Shown: positions 1 to 13,125 of the stretch, in pieces | Numbering within the stretch: position 1 is the stretch's first letter | Layout: each line of letters begins with the position of its first letter | Assembly: GCF_006345805.1 (NCBI RefSeq) | Contig: NC_043001.1 | Location: forward strand, 109,430,001-109,494,000 | Source of the DNA: Octopus sinensis | Taxonomy: Eukaryota | Length of the DNA stretch: 64,000 nt | Direction of reading: 5' to 3' | Notes under the pieces: generated by a model | Database searches by the model: none | The model's input: the letters and a program-made list of their open reading frames with translations, nothing else | Told to the model about the DNA's origin: nothing | Translations under genes and position numbers: made by a program

Positions 1-158
1 GGCTGTTTGGTAAGAAGCTTGCTTACCAAACACATGGTTCCCGATTAAGCCCCACTGCGTGGCACCTTGGGAAGAGTCCTCTGCTATAGAGCGTCGGGCC
101 GACCAAAGCCTTGTGAGTGGATTTGGTGGATGGAAACTAAAAGAAACCCGTTTTGTGC

Positions 159-198
<40 letters not shown>

Positions 199-425
199 TG
201 TGTGTGTGTGTGTATGCGTGTGTGTGCGTTTTTGTGTTCGTATTTGCGCTTCTCCCCATCACTTGACAACAGATGTCGGTGTATTTATGTCCCCAATTCT
301 TAACGGTTCCGCAAAAGCGACCGATAAAATAAGAATAAGTCCTGGGCTCGATTTGTTCGACTGAAGGCAGTGCTCCAGCATGGCCGCAGTTAAATGACCG
401 AAACGTATAAAAGAGTAAAAGAGTA
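1..425 (+). mobile_element. tRNA-derived SINE, family A (head + internal (GT)n microsatellite + (AAAGAGT)n tail); head cut by window edge
   Basis: Matches the full-length copy at 62609-63020: ...cccactgcgtggcaccttgg...gccttgtgagtggatttgg...(GT)n...gctccagcatggccgcag...gagtaaaagagtaa. Confidence 0.85.
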
Positions 426-1275
426 AACGCAAGTAGACAGAGCCCTGTATTAATTCTTTCCAAGCGTTTGTTTTGAGATTCTTGATAACCCCAAAAATTC
501 GTTAGTTTATCGCAGAATCCGTCAGTTTACCGTAAGATAATACATAATCAATTAAGAATTAAATGCTACAGATTGCAATATATTCGATTTAATTCATTAT
601 TAATTCTTCCAATGTTCTCTGCGTCAGACTATGTGCCGTTGAATGAAGAGCAGGACACTAAACCTCAGCCTATAGGGGGCGCTAATGATATTGCTAGGAT
701 TCCAGATTACTTGGTTGTTCGCCTTCTATAAACTAAATTTTAATTACGTATATTTAAGAGAAGGATTATATAGGGATAACTGCTTATTCCTACTTAGAAA
801 CTGAAACCCGGAATTTAAAGAGCTCAAAATGGATCTACATCTCTTTAAACATCGTGGATTTACCATTACCAGAACATCAAATGTTAATTCGGTTACCTTC
901 TTAAATGTAATTCTTAAGCAAACCACGTGTAGCAAGCGGAATGAAACACTTAAATGCTATATGAATAATCTAAACATTTACGAAATATCTAAATTGATTT
1001 AGTTAATAACGAAATATTTAACGTAGCTGTAACGAATATATTTATAGCCATTTTGTTTCTTATGGCAGGATTCTAAATAGAAGTAAATTCAATATGAAAA
1101 GTAAACAGAATGAAGAAGAAACCACGTTTACGGGTTTATTCCATAAAACCAATTAGGGTTGAAAAGTTAGGGTTGAAATCCTCTTTCATTTTCTCAACAA
1201 ACAGTTCACGCAAATTATGATGAGAGAATTTTAATAAATGAATAAAATAATGTCAATCTTTCATATCCCGCTATT

Positions 1276-1482
1276 CTTTTTCTTTTTTCAGTCATTTGAC
1301 TGAGGCCATGCTGGAGCGCCGCCTTTAGTCGAACAAATCGATACCTCAGGACATATTCATTTTAGGCATAGTATTTATTCTATCGGTCTCTTTTGCCGAA
1401 CCACTAAGTTACGGGGACATAAGCACACCAGCATCGGTTGTCAAGGGATGTTGGAAGGACAATACAATCACACAAACGTACA

Positions 1483-1558
<76 letters not shown>

Positions 1559-1721
1559 CGACGGGCTTCTTTCAGTTTCCGCCTACCAAATCCACTCACA
1601 GGTCGTTGGTCGGCTCGAGGCTATAGTAGAAGACACTTGCCCAAGGTGCCACGCAGTGGGACTGAACCCGGGACAATGTGGTTGGGAAGCGCACTTCTTA
1701 CTACACAGCCACTTCTGCGCC
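1276..1721 (-). mobile_element. SINE family A, near full length
   Basis: Reverse complement of the family A head (ggcgcagaagtggctgtgtagtaagaag), internal (CA)n(TA)n, and tail. Confidence 0.85.
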
Positions 1722-2466
1722 TATATAATATGTATGTACTGTGTGTAGTTGAAATGTAGCCACAACATAAACTTATTTGAGTTAAGAAATTCGTCAGATA
1801 CACTAACTCAATCACTACCCATCAACTTGCTTGTCTACATTTAACCTTAGAAAATTCACAGCCAATTTGTCAATTCTATTAAACGTTCTCACTTGCATGC
1901 TATATTCGGTCCGAGAAATATTTTCTGTGGCATAAGCCAATTATATTCTTCGTCAACCTATATCCTATTTATAGGAAGCATTTCCGTTGAAACCTTTATG
2001 ATCTTTATGAGAATCAAAGCTATTAAAACATGTCAAAATGTTGACATACATTAGTATAATTCCTCTACTCTCTTCATTACAATTTAGCATGTTAACTTCT
2101 ACGCCTTATTGGCATAATTTCAGTGTAGGTCAGAAATAGCATTCTTTTCTCCGGAATCTCTTGTAGTTTACAAGCAACATATCTCTTAATGGAAAACTCT
2201 CCTATATTACAGGATTCTATTCTTAAGACTTTATATACTTTCACTCTCACTTGTTATATTTAAGCGTATAATCTATCGCATTCTTTAGCTTCCAGGCAAT
2301 CTTACCATATTTTTTATTATTTATGGAGCTTATTTTTCAAGAAAACATTTTCATTCTATTTTACTCTCACATGATTTAACCAGTATTTTTCGTAAAGAAT
2401 TATCATGTCTACTTAATATTGTATAATACTAGCTGTCTATACTTTCATACAATAATATTTAAACCT

Positions 2467-3090
2467 AGGCGGCGAGCTGGCAGAAACTTTAGCACGCCGG
2501 GCGAAATGCATAGGGTTTTATTTCGTCTGTCATTACGTTCTGAGTCCAAATTCCGCCGAGCTCGACTTTACCTTTCATCCTTTTGGGGCCGATAATTTAA
2601 GTGCCAGTTGCGAACTGGGGTCGATCTAATCGACTGGCCTCCTCCCCCAAAATTTCGGGCCTTTTGCCTAGAGTAGAAAATAATATTTAAGCCTAGGCGG
2701 CGAGCTGGCAGAAATGTTAGCACGTCGGGTGGAATGCTTAGTGGTATTTTGTCTGCCGCTACGTTCTGAGTTCAAATTCCACCGAGGTCGACTTTGCCTT
2801 TCATCCTTTCGGTGTCGATTAAATAAATACCAGTTGCGCACTGGATTCGATGTAATCGGCTTAATCTGTTGGTCTGTTCCTGTTTGTCCTCTCTGTGTTT
2901 AGCCCCTTGTGGGTAGTAAAATATATGTATTTCGTCTGCCGTTACGTTCTGAGTTCAAATTTCGCCGAGCTCGACCTTGCCTTTTATCCTTTTGGGGTCG
3001 ATAAATTATGTACCAGTTGCGTACTGGGGTCGATCTCATCGACTGGCCTCCTTCCCCAAAATCTCGGGCCCTGTTCCTAGAGTAGAAAAG
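2467..3090 (+). mobile_element. Tandem SINE family B units (head ggcggcgagctggcagaa, B-box gagttcaaattcc, core cctttcatcctttcggggtcgataa)
   Basis: Three related units; 16-bp direct repeat aataatatttaa(a/g)cct at 2451, 2679 and 3091. The core resembles Meta/MESC-type SINE domains (from memory, unverified). Confidence 0.8.
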
Positions 3091-3629
3091 AATAATATTT
3101 AAGCCTACAATACATTTTTTTATCCTTTTTAAGACATGCAAATTTTAAGAACTGCTAACATACCGCTACGGATATATGCAACACTTCGAAGATGAGACCA
3201 ACATTTAGCTAGTTTTTGGTTTTATATGTATTTTAAAATCTTAATATTCCTTCTTATTCAATATTTAGATTGCCATTTTCTTTTTGCTGGCAATAAATAT
3301 TTTAAGCAAATATAATTCAATTACCTTGTCGTTTTCGCAACAAGTTCCAGAGATTCTCGCATTTTTGAACAAGTTATTTTTTAAATACATAACGGTTTTA
3401 GAATTTCGTATTAGTTGCCACTTAATTGCAGGCAAAACGATCTAAAAGCAAATTTTCATATTAACAGCGTTTCAAAATATTTCAAACTGCGTTGCCGTTT
3501 ACTACGGTTCTTACTTTGCGTATATTTGAGTAAGAACGTATTACAGGGGACGTTTTAGCTTACCTGTGAAAGCATACACGTATGTACGTATATATGCAAA
3601 AATGTTATAGTCTTTTTGCTCTTCTTTTT

Positions 3630-3905
3630 ACTACTTCTACTTGTTTCAGTCACTTGACTGCGGCCATGTTGAAGCACAAGCTTAAAGGGTGTTACTGTAT
3701 ATCTATACAGTAATCCCTCGACTATCGGCGGGTGTTACGTTTCAACACTATCCGCAATTGGTGAAAATCCGCGATGTAGAAACAGTACATGGCTTTGGTT
3801 TGCCCGAGGCTATAGTAGAAGATACTTGCCCAAGGTGCCATGCAGTGGGACTGAACCCAGAACCATGTGCTTGGTAAGCAAGCTACTTACCACACAGCCA
3901 CTGCT
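3630..3905 (-). mobile_element. SINE family A, internally deleted
   Basis: Tail (cagtcacttgactgcggccatg) and head (ttgcccaaggtgccatgcagtgggactgaacc) present, middle altered. Confidence 0.7.
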
Positions 3906-4497
3906 CTCATTACATACATACATGTACACACACAAAAATTCTCAACGTTCAGCATTCTGGTGGACATTACCTTTATGAAATGGCGTCTGGAGATCAAAAA
4001 CGTTTATGCTCATTTTAAAAATATTATTCTCTTCAAAGAGGTAAATGCAATAACGTCGCACCCAGTTCAATTTATCATCATAGTGCTTTAGTTTTCTTTT
4101 CCCAATATATCGCAAACCCAGTCAACACAACAAAACCCGGTGGCTTCTTATACACCCTGTATATTGCAGCAGCTAAATTGATTTTAAACTTGCTAAAGAT
4201 TTACAATTCGCTTTCTTTTTTCATTGTTTCTTCTTTCACATAGGCCTTATTAACTTTGTAATAAAGGCAGCGAACTGGCGGAATCGATAACTCATCGTAT
4301 AAAACGTTTAATGGCATTTCTTTCTCCTTGTTATATTCTTAGCATATATTGCATCGAGGTCGATTATTTTCCCTTACTCCTTTTGGGGTCGTTAAAATAA
4401 GTACGAGTCAGTTGCTGAGATTAGAGTAACCGAGTCTCGTTTTTCCCCTCTAAGAACATTCCTGTCCTTGTGTCAAATCTCACTATATGATACATGG

Positions 4498-4728
4498 GTG
4501 GAGGCGCGTGGCTTAGTGGTTAGTGTGTCAGCATTATGATCGTAAGATTGTGCTTTCGATTCGTGGACCAGGCAACGTGTTGTGTTCTTGAGCAAAACAC
4601 TTCATTTCACGTTGCTCCAGTCCACTCAGCTGGCCAAAATGAGTAACGTTGCGATGGACTGGCGTCCCGTCCAGCTGGGGATCACATACGCCATAGAAAC
4701 TGGGAAACCGCCCCATGAGTCTGGCACA
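4498..4728 (+). mobile_element. tRNA-derived SINE with V-SINE-like 3' module
   Basis: A-box tggcttagtgg, B-box-like tttcgattc, then gtgttcttgagcaaaacac and gcgatggactggcgtcccgtccag. Confidence 0.7.
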
Positions 4729-5884
4729 TAATAGACGCATAAAATTAGATTAACACTACATTCAAAGTTAAGCTACTTAGATTTAAAACAGCTGGTTAAA
4801 CATAAATATTATGATCATGAGAATCAAGATCGTTTCATAAAAAATCCTAAAAACCACAAAGCAGAAAGTTCAGAAAAGAAACACTGTTAATCATATAGAT
4901 AGCAATGTCTCCAGAGTTTCCATAATGGTTAATAAAACGAAGGCTAGTTTTGTAGAGTTGAATTTTCCCAAGCACAGGGCGTATCAATCAGTCATCGATC
5001 AGCCCACAAATTGAAGGGAACGGAAATTTTCACCCAATCAAGATTCAAATTTATGAATTAAGTCTGAATAGAAGTATCGGGAGCAAAGATTGTATAGTTA
5101 GACACATTAAGTAGAAAATCATTAAGAGAATCTAGAAAAAAAAATGGGAGGAAAGAGAAAACTTTCAGGAAAGATACAAGAAAGCTAAAAATGTTTTTAT
5201 TGAGATTCAGATTTTAGGAGGTGAGGACAATGTGAAAATCCATATAATGTGTTTCCGACACGTCAAATGCAATTATACATTTTACATATTATTTATCTAC
5301 ATAGAACTGTACACTTATGGCAGGCAGAAATTGAATGGTGGAGTGTGAGGTAGCGAAAACTGACACCGTATCAGAAGACAGAACCAGGTAATCAATGCGC
5401 AAGAGAAGAACGATAGAAACTGAAAGAAGGAATCTTTTTAGGTGGTGATTACGATGATCGGAACGTTTGTCATAGATTTTGGAAATAGGAATACGAAATA
5501 CGAAGGGCATTATTAGCAGGCTGGAATGGGAGATTCAGTTTAGCAATTATGAGAATGTTTTGACGGAACATACGAAAATTCATTTATAAAACATTAGAAA
5601 AACAATATTAGAACCAGACACCGTTTCAGTTTCAAGACTTGAATTAACTCTTCAATAAACTTAGAATTTGTGAGTGAAGCTGATAATGGAGCAATATAAA
5701 AAAGGAAGAAAAAATGGCTGGAAAAACGTGATCAGACAAATCGAGTGAAAACGTATTAGAAAATAACTGGGCAAGCAATATTGTTTACCTTTAGAAGAGT
5801 TAATACCACCTTACATGCAATTATTGAAAAGAAGAAGAATGTCGTAGATTTTCGAAAGAATCTCGCGAGATCTGGCTCTGAGAA

Positions 5885-6195
5885 GCAATGTTCTTTGTTC
5901 CTTCTCGAGTCTCGTTTGGCTCATAAGGGCCGGTTTCCCGGTCTCCTTGGCGTATAGGTTCCCTACCTGGACGAGACGCCAGTCCGTCACAGGTGAGCTG
6001 CAAGATGCGGGAGGAAAGAGTGAGAGAAAGTTGTGGTGAAAGAGTCAGCAGAGATTCGCCTTTACCTTCTGCCGGAGCCGCGTGGAGCTTAGGTGTTTTC
6101 GCTCATAAGCACACACATCACCCGGTCTGAGATTCGAACCCGTGATCCCTCGACCGCGAGTCCGCTGCTCTAATCAATAAGCCATGTGCCTCCAC
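5885..6195 (-). mobile_element. tRNA(Arg)-like-head SINE (OR1/OR2-like) with V-like tail
   Basis: Minus strand gtggaggcacatggc...gcggactcgcggtc (TCG anticodon-like)...ggttcgaatctc; tail gacggactggcgtctcgtccagg. Confidence 0.75.
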
Positions 6196-6572
6196 TTAAA
6201 TAAATGTTCCTTCTGGAGTCATGCCAGGCTCATAAGGGCCAGTTTCTCGGTTTCAGTGGCATAGAAATTCCCCACCTGGACGGGACGCCGGTCCGTCGCA
6301 GGATTACTCATTTTTGCCAGCTGAGTGGACTGGACCAGCATGAAAGTGTTGAGAAGCAATATTAGATTTGGCCAATTCCATTTAGTATATTACTGCATGA
6401 ATGGTCTTGCTGAACCATCTAGGCTATTAGAAGGGTATCAGCACACTTACCCCACAGGACAATTACCCCGCCGACGACAACTATCCCTTAGGACAATTAC
6501 TCACCTTGGTTAGTTACACTCTCTCCAATATATTAAGAAGTTTTAAATCATCATCTGTTGTCCCCAGGCCAT

Positions 6573-6907
6573 GTGAAGGCTCATAGCTCAGTGGTTAGAG
6601 CGTCGAGCTTACGCTCGTGAGGTTGTGAGTTCGAATCCTGGACCGGGCTGCGTGTTGTGTTCTTGAGCAAGACACTTTATTTCACGTTGCTCCAGTTCAC
6701 TCAGCTGCAGAAATGAGTTGCGACGTCACATGTGCTAAGCTGTATCGACCTTTGCCTTTCCCTTGGATAACATCAGTGGTGTGGAGAGGGGAGGCTGGTA
6801 TGCGTGGGCAACTGTTGGTCTTCCATAAACAACGTTGCCCGGACCTGTGTCTGGGAGAGTAACTTTCTAGTTTTAATATCATGGTCAGTCATGACCGAAG
6901 GGGGTCT
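6573..6907 (+). mobile_element. tRNA-derived SINE
   Basis: A-box tagctcagtgg, B-box gttcgaatcc, followed by the gtgttcttgagcaagacac module shared with 4498-4728. Confidence 0.75.
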
Positions 6908-8003
6908 CAGTTCTCTCCGGGGTAGAACAGTTTTTAAGAGGTGTCAAAAGAAAATCTTGAAAAGGGCGATCTGTACATAATTCAGGTGGTATATACAAAA
7001 TGCAACTAGTGAAAACAATGCAGAATAACTAAGTATTGTTCGTAAGAAGTAAAAGCATCAGTGTCTGTCAGGATCAAAGAAACTACTTCGAAGACACAAA
7101 CATTAGAAGGAGGAGAGACAGAATTATCCCGCTTAGCATCGCGATTAATATCTCGAAAAGATCTCAATCATTTTTAATATAAGAATTACAATGAGATGGA
7201 AAATCACTTCTAGGGTAACAGCTAAAAGAGATGTGTCTGTAGAGACAACGTCGGAGTTGGAGTTAATATAGGGAGTATAAAACAGTAAAATGCTGCTATG
7301 AAACTCAATGCAGGATACCAATAAGGCTTTTAAGAATATGCGAAAGAGGCAAATTGCGGAAAGTACTAAATTTAAGTCATCAGAATCAGTTATTTTAGAA
7401 TGGGGTCTGTGAACACGATAAACATTAAAATCATTAAATAGCAGAATACTTATAGAATGACAGTACGATGGGGTTTCTTCTATCGTGTCGAATACAATAT
7501 CAGTGATAGTACAGTTCTAAGATATTGGAAGGCAATAACGGAAGAAATGAGTGACAGAAAGTAGGAAGGTTTTGCGGAAAGGCATAAACGAATGATGAGA
7601 ATGCGTGTTCGAAGTCACATTCATGAACAAGTTGAAGATTATTGCAAACTGAGATATTAAGACTATTCAAATAATTTATAGTGTGATTAATTTGCGATTA
7701 TGATGGAGATAAGCATCGAGAGTGAAATTCGAACAGGAAATATCACGACTCACTTTAGTTTGATTCAGAGAAAAGCTGTAATGTTTCGTGGAAAGACTGA
7801 ACTCTCGGCACAAAGCCCGAAAGTTTTAGGGAGTGGGGCCAGTCAATTAGATCGACCCCAGTACGCAACTATATCTATGAGGAATTGACGGTCTTGATTT
7901 CCCAAGTCAAGAGTGAATTAGGGAAATAATTTGCGTGTGTAATTATTTTAATTAAAATAATTTTATAAAAATAAATAAATATACACAAACGTCTATTTTT
8001 CAA

Positions 8004-8295
8004 TACTTAATTTATCGACCCCGAATGGATGAAAGGCAAAGTCAACCTCGACAGATTTGAACTCAGAACGTAACGGCAGACGAAATACCTATTTCTTTAC
8101 TACCTACAAGAGACTAAGCATAGAGGGGACAAACAAGGACAGACACACGGATTAAGTCGATTACATCGACCCCAATGCGTAACTGGTACTTATTTAATCG
8201 ACCCCGATAGAATGAAAGGCAAAGTCGACCTCGGCGGAGTTTGAACTCAGAACGTAGCGACGAACGAAATACTGCTAAGCATTTCGCCCGGCGTC
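8004..8295 (-). mobile_element. SINE family B dimer
   Basis: Two copies of atcgaccccg...gaaaggcaaagtc(a/g)acctcg...tttgaactcagaacgta. Confidence 0.8.
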
Positions 8296-9574
8296 TTATG
8301 AATATCACAAATATTGATGAAAGACAATATCAGGCTTCGCTCCATGAATATGGCAGTTATTGTTTGCTCTCTAAGCGTCCGTGTATCCATTTTGGTATGT
8401 GTAATGTAAGGAAGAAATATTTTAGATAATCTTTGAAAATACTGAATGAAATAATTGAAAACGGAAGCTAAGATCATTATATCGTTGCAATATGTTTCTT
8501 GCTGTATTTAAATGAATGCCTACCAAGGATAATCGAAGGTACAGATACCAAACCATGACATGGTATCGCAAACATAATATACTACAGAGATGGCATAGCA
8601 TCAGAGCCGCATCTACGGGAGATATACACATCTTCGGGCTTCTATCTATTTGTCTCAGAAAGAATAGTTAAGATAAGGCTAGTATTCTGGGCTAGAGCGA
8701 AAATATTGACAAAATACTATTGACAAATACCTAAATTCGTGAACAAAGATTTTACTCGTGAAGTTGAAAGAGACCAGAGTGAGGATTCCGAAAGAGAAAA
8801 TACTTTGCAATTATCTATACTTCTCTAAACTTTGGAGAGGTGTACTATGCTGGAAAATGGGTAAACCCATGTAAACCTAAATTAAGTAATGATCCCAATA
8901 AACAATACCAGTGTTTCTTTTAGCCTAACACAAACACTAGATCTTTTTCATCCAGTGATGGCGTTGCGTCTTCTTGCAATCTGCAATACCCCAACCGCCA
9001 GTTAATAATTCTGAATTTCAATGTTGATTGAGTTTCTCTCAGCATTATATCGTTCATTCGAGTTTCTGGTTGCCGGGACCACCCCGACGCATGGACTCAT
9101 CTAATGCGGGTTCATCATACAATGAAATAATGGCTAAGATCAATATACACTGTTTGTATTTCCTATTTAGTTTATGATAAATTTAAACTTCTCTACACTA
9201 AATGTTTAGTTTAGAAATTTATTATTAACATGGCTAGTGTTGACATTTTAATTAATTTCTTTTTACTTACTCCCTCATGTATTGAAACCGTCACATAATT
9301 TATGAGGTACACAACAAACACCCATACAACTCAACCGAAGTACCTGTCAGGCTGTTACTTTTATTATTGCTATTGTATTTATTTCGTATTTGAACGATTA
9401 ACTGTTTGACCAAAATGTTTAACATATGAGTTTGAAAAACTAGTAAAAAACGGGTGATTGGTAAATTGGTTAACATAGTAACTAGCCCATTAACTAACAA
9501 TAACTATAAAGGAGCGAACCAGTGCGTCTGTTTATTATTACCGGTACAATGCCCCTCCCAAGGTTCAATAGTAC

Positions 9575-9586
9575 TATAGCCCGTCG

Positions 9587-9637
<51 letters not shown>

Positions 9638-9890
9638 TATATATATATGTATATGTGTGTGTATATGTTTGTGTGTCTGTGTTTGTCCCCCCCCCTTACC
9701 ATCACTTGACAACCGATGCTGGTGTGTTTTCGTCCCCGTAACTTAGCGGTTCGGCAAAAGAGCCCGATAAAATAAGCACAAGTCTTACAAAGAATAGGTC
9801 CTGGGGTCGATTTGCTCGACTATAAAGACGGTGCTCCAGCATGGCCGCAGCCAGATAACTGAAACAAGTGAAAGAGTAAAGAGTAAAAGG
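9575..9890 (+). mobile_element. SINE family A, 3' half
   Basis: (TA)n then cttgacaaccgatgctggtgtg...gctccagcatggccgcag...gagtaaaagagtaaaa. Confidence 0.8.
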
Positions 9891-9921
9891 GAATGTCAGC
9901 ACACACACGCACACACACACA

Positions 9922-9952
<31 letters not shown>

Positions 9953-11076
9953 TACACACATACACACACAAACAAAATAAAAATAGACGGAAAGACAATT
10001 TCGGTGTTTTACTCGTCTAACAATGAATTGATATGAGAACGTGCATTAAAACTTAAGCAACTCCATCATGGCAAAAAGAATGTAATTTATTACCTGAAGC
10101 GTCGCAGTTTTTGTCGTACAAATTCAAACTGGTCTGCGGCACAGTTTAAGGGTGGTCGAAGGAGTAATTCGACTGGGACCAGGTTGTAGATGAGCAATGA
10201 AAATTTTGACACCTTTTGAAATACATTTAAATTAAAAATGGATTTAAGAGATTTGTGTGTTATTAAATGCCTCTTCCACTGAGTAATTATGACAGGCAAT
10301 AAATCCGCGTTAGATTTGCGGATATAATAAATATGTGCGTGTAATTATTTTAATTGAAAAATAGATGTTTGTGTAAATTCATTTATTTTTATAAAATTAT
10401 TTTAATTAAAATAATTACACACACAAATTGTTTTTCATAATTCATTCTTGACTTGGGAAATCAAATCCGTTATTTCCTCATATATCTAACTCTAACAAAT
10501 ATTACCAGTTGAATCGGGGAATGAAAATACGCATAAAATCATTAAGATATTTAGAGGCATCTCTACTGATTATATCATTACCTAAAAATCAGGGTGAAAT
10601 TCAGTGTTATAATTTAGGATTATAATTTAGGATTATAATTTAGGATTAGCTCGTACTTTGCGCTCACATACTGACTGGTACCAGGCATAAATAGAACAAT
10701 TGTAATTCGTTCGAAGTCCAGGAAGATAAAACACAGGGTTTAACCCTCCTGTAATTTTGTTCCTTGATATTTTACTCCCAAAACAAGATCATAGATCTGC
10801 ACAAATATATATTTATGATATGGTATATCAAGTGGAAAGATGTATGCAAATACCCAGCACAGAAGATAGATATATTATGGAAAATGTGATATTCTTGCAT
10901 GTATGTGCACGCGTACAAATTTATTATTTACTTCAAGCTTTCTTTAGAGAAAATGCTCATTTGGATCCGATTCCATGAAGCTGTAAACGAATTTCTTCGA
11001 ATTAAAAACAACGTTCAATTTTCTATCAAAATTATAAATACATCTTCTATTTAACAAATTTGATAAAACAATAATA

Positions 11077-11094
11077 ACAACATCAACAACAACA

Positions 11095-11167
<73 letters not shown>
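11077..11167. repeat. (AAT)n microsatellite abutting the R4/Dong element
   Basis: Direct reading; further arrays at 12093-12110, 12345-12405 and 12578-12638. Confidence 0.95.
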
Positions 11168-11168
<1 letters not shown>

Positions 11169-12092
11169 GCTATAAAACAAATGAAATCCAAACTAAAAAT
11201 AGAACAGCAACGAACCATGATAAAACGATGGCAAGAAAAGCCCCTTCATGGTAAATACTGGACTAAACTAAACGCAAAAGAAATAGACAAAGAAAAATCC
11301 CAGCAATGGTTGAGAAGCTCAGGACTCAAAGCAGAAACAGAGGGATTTTTAATTGCAGCACAAGACCAAAGCCTCCCCACCAGAAATTACCAAAAACATG
11401 TAATGAAAAGAAATATTACAAGTAACTGCAGAATATGTGGAGATGGACAAGAAACAATAAATCATATTATCTCTAACTTCCCAGTCCTGGCTAAGAAGGA
11501 ATATATTCACAGATATGACAGAGTTGGAACCTACATACATTGGAAGCTATGCCAACATTATGGAATAACAACAGAAAAAAGATGGTATAGGCACACACCA
11601 GAAAAGGTCACAGAAAACGAGAAAGCAACCATACTCTGGGATATGCCAATACACACAGATAGAGAAATTAAGGCCAACAGACCAGATATAGTTGTCAGAG
11701 ATCATGAAGAAAAAAAATGCTTTCTAATTGATGTATCAATACCGGCAGATGACAACGTGTCTCTAAAAGAAATGGAGAAACTCTCAAAATACAAAGACCT
11801 GGAAATAGAGGTAACTAGAATGTGGAATCTGAAAACAGAAACAATTCCTATCATAGTAGGTGCATTAGGCATGATAAAAAATATTCAGACAAATACATAA
11901 CAAAAACACCAGGACTTACAAACACATATAACATACAGAAAATTGCACTACTAGGCACTGCAAACATTCTACGCAGAACACTTTCCATACAATAACCATC
12001 AGAGCATCACAACAAATCACAGCGCATACCCAAGGCACACAGAGCTGCGCTCGGTAGTGAAGTGAAAGCACGCTATAAAAATAAAACTACTG
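11168..12092 (+). mobile_element. 5'-truncated R4/Dong-clade non-LTR retrotransposon (zinc knuckle + restriction-like endonuclease), frameshifted
   Basis: ORF 11181-11900: CRICGDGQETINHII knuckle, RYDRV, NRPDIVVRD...CFLIDVS...EKLSKY (PD..D..K). After a frameshift in the A-run near 11880 it continues ...IQKIALLGTANILRRTLSIQ, stop 11993-11995. (TAA)n on both sides is the known Dong target. Confidence 0.9.
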
Positions 12093-12110
12093 AATAATAA
12101 TAATAATAAT

Positions 12111-12342
12111 CTTTTCTATTATAGGCACAAGGCCAGAAATTTTAGGGGAGGTAGCCAATCGATTTGATCGACCCCAGTACGCATCTGGTACTTAATATAT
12201 CGATCTCAAAAGGATGAAAGCCAAAGGATGAAGGCATGGACAATTTCATAGGGATGTTGAAGACAGACAGAGAACGCAGCAGCAGACGAAATACCGCTAA
12301 GAATTTCGCCCGGCATACTAACGATTCTGCCAGCTTGCCGCC

Positions 12343-12345
<3 letters not shown>
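12111..12345 (-). mobile_element. SINE family B, diverged, inside the (TAA)n cluster
   Basis: Head ggcggcaagctggcagaatcgttag at ~12343; tail ...ccttgtgcctataatagaaaag. Confidence 0.7.
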
Positions 12346-12405
<60 letters not shown>

Positions 12406-12407
<2 letters not shown>

Positions 12408-12574
12408 CACATATAACATACAGAAAATTGCACTACTAGGCATTGCACACATCCTACGCAGAACACATTCAATACAGTAACCATCAGAGCATCACAACAA
12501 ATCACAGCACATACCCAAGGCACACAGAGCTGCGCTCGGTAGTGAAGTGAAAGCACGTTATAAAAATAAAACTA

Positions 12575-12577
<3 letters not shown>
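12406..12577 (+). mobile_element. Second, short 3'-end copy of the same R4/Dong element
   Basis: Near-identical to 11921-12092; (TAA)n on both sides. Confidence 0.9.
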
Positions 12578-12638
<61 letters not shown>

Positions 12639-12639
<1 letters not shown>

Positions 12640-12771
12640 GTAGCTGGAGAGCATCATAGCCATGGGTTGAGAAGAATTCTCTGGGGTTTGGATAATTCAT
12701 CTTTGGAAACATGGGTGTTTCGTTCAACTTCCTTAAATAACCCTTATTATTATTATTATCATTATTCAGGG
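12639..12771 (+). mobile_element. Fragment of the TAA-associated ~555-bp element (full copy 49697-50252, opposite strand)
   Basis: gagcatcatagccatgggttgag...ggaaacatgggtg...aacccttatt matches the reverse complement of ~49925-50033. Confidence 0.7.
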
Positions 12772-12949
12772 TAGGAGAGGTTTTATCAGTTGCCAGGATT
12801 GCATTGAAACAGAGGAAGACAGCTTAGGGTGTATGCGAACAATACCGTGGAGCCATTGCTGAAACATGCGAAAAAGGCCGGCGTCTTCAAAGCTGAGAAT
12901 TGTGTAATGAAAGAGAAATTTCAAGTGGAAAAGAACACAAGAAGAAAGG

Positions 12950-13125
12950 AACGGCATAGAAGAAAAATAATTCTTTTAAGCAAAAACACGAGGAAAATTT
13001 CTTTAAGCAGTCACATCGCATCCTGTGCAGGAATGGGCTTACCCAATATCAAAATCTTTCCCCTCTACAGGTGTTCAGATTATTTCAACCAAGAAGAAAG
13101 ACTAAATAAAGTCAATTTATTAACA
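12950..13125 (+). mobile_element. PLE GIY-YIG endonuclease C-terminal fragment
   Basis: KISLSSHIASCAGMGLPNIKIFPLYRC...EERLNK resembles QVPLSNHLVKCAQNKFIIFPFYKL at 18750-18830 and the PLE endonuclease C-terminus. Confidence 0.5.

Larger units (their letters stand above)
7879..10479. mobile_element. Putative non-autonomous TIR DNA transposon with ~127-bp imperfect TIRs and nested SINEs
   Basis: 7879-8004 is the reverse complement of 10353-10479 with scattered mismatches; termini GAGG...CCTC; no transposase recognised inside. Confidence 0.55.

Noticed and set aside
1150-1175. Two TTAGGG motifs; also 14-bp x3 taatttaggatta repeat at 10611-10650
   Set aside because: Too short for an interstitial telomere or functional array
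6573-6650. tRNA-like sequences with A/B boxes (also 4498, 26413, 40462, 62609)
   Set aside because: No complete cloverleaf; they run into SINE bodies and some have TSDs, so they are SINE heads
4800-7760. Possible decayed LINE endonuclease segments (4800-5800, 6920-7760, minus strand)
   Set aside because: Composition is suggestive but I could not read diagnostic motifs; needs tBLASTx
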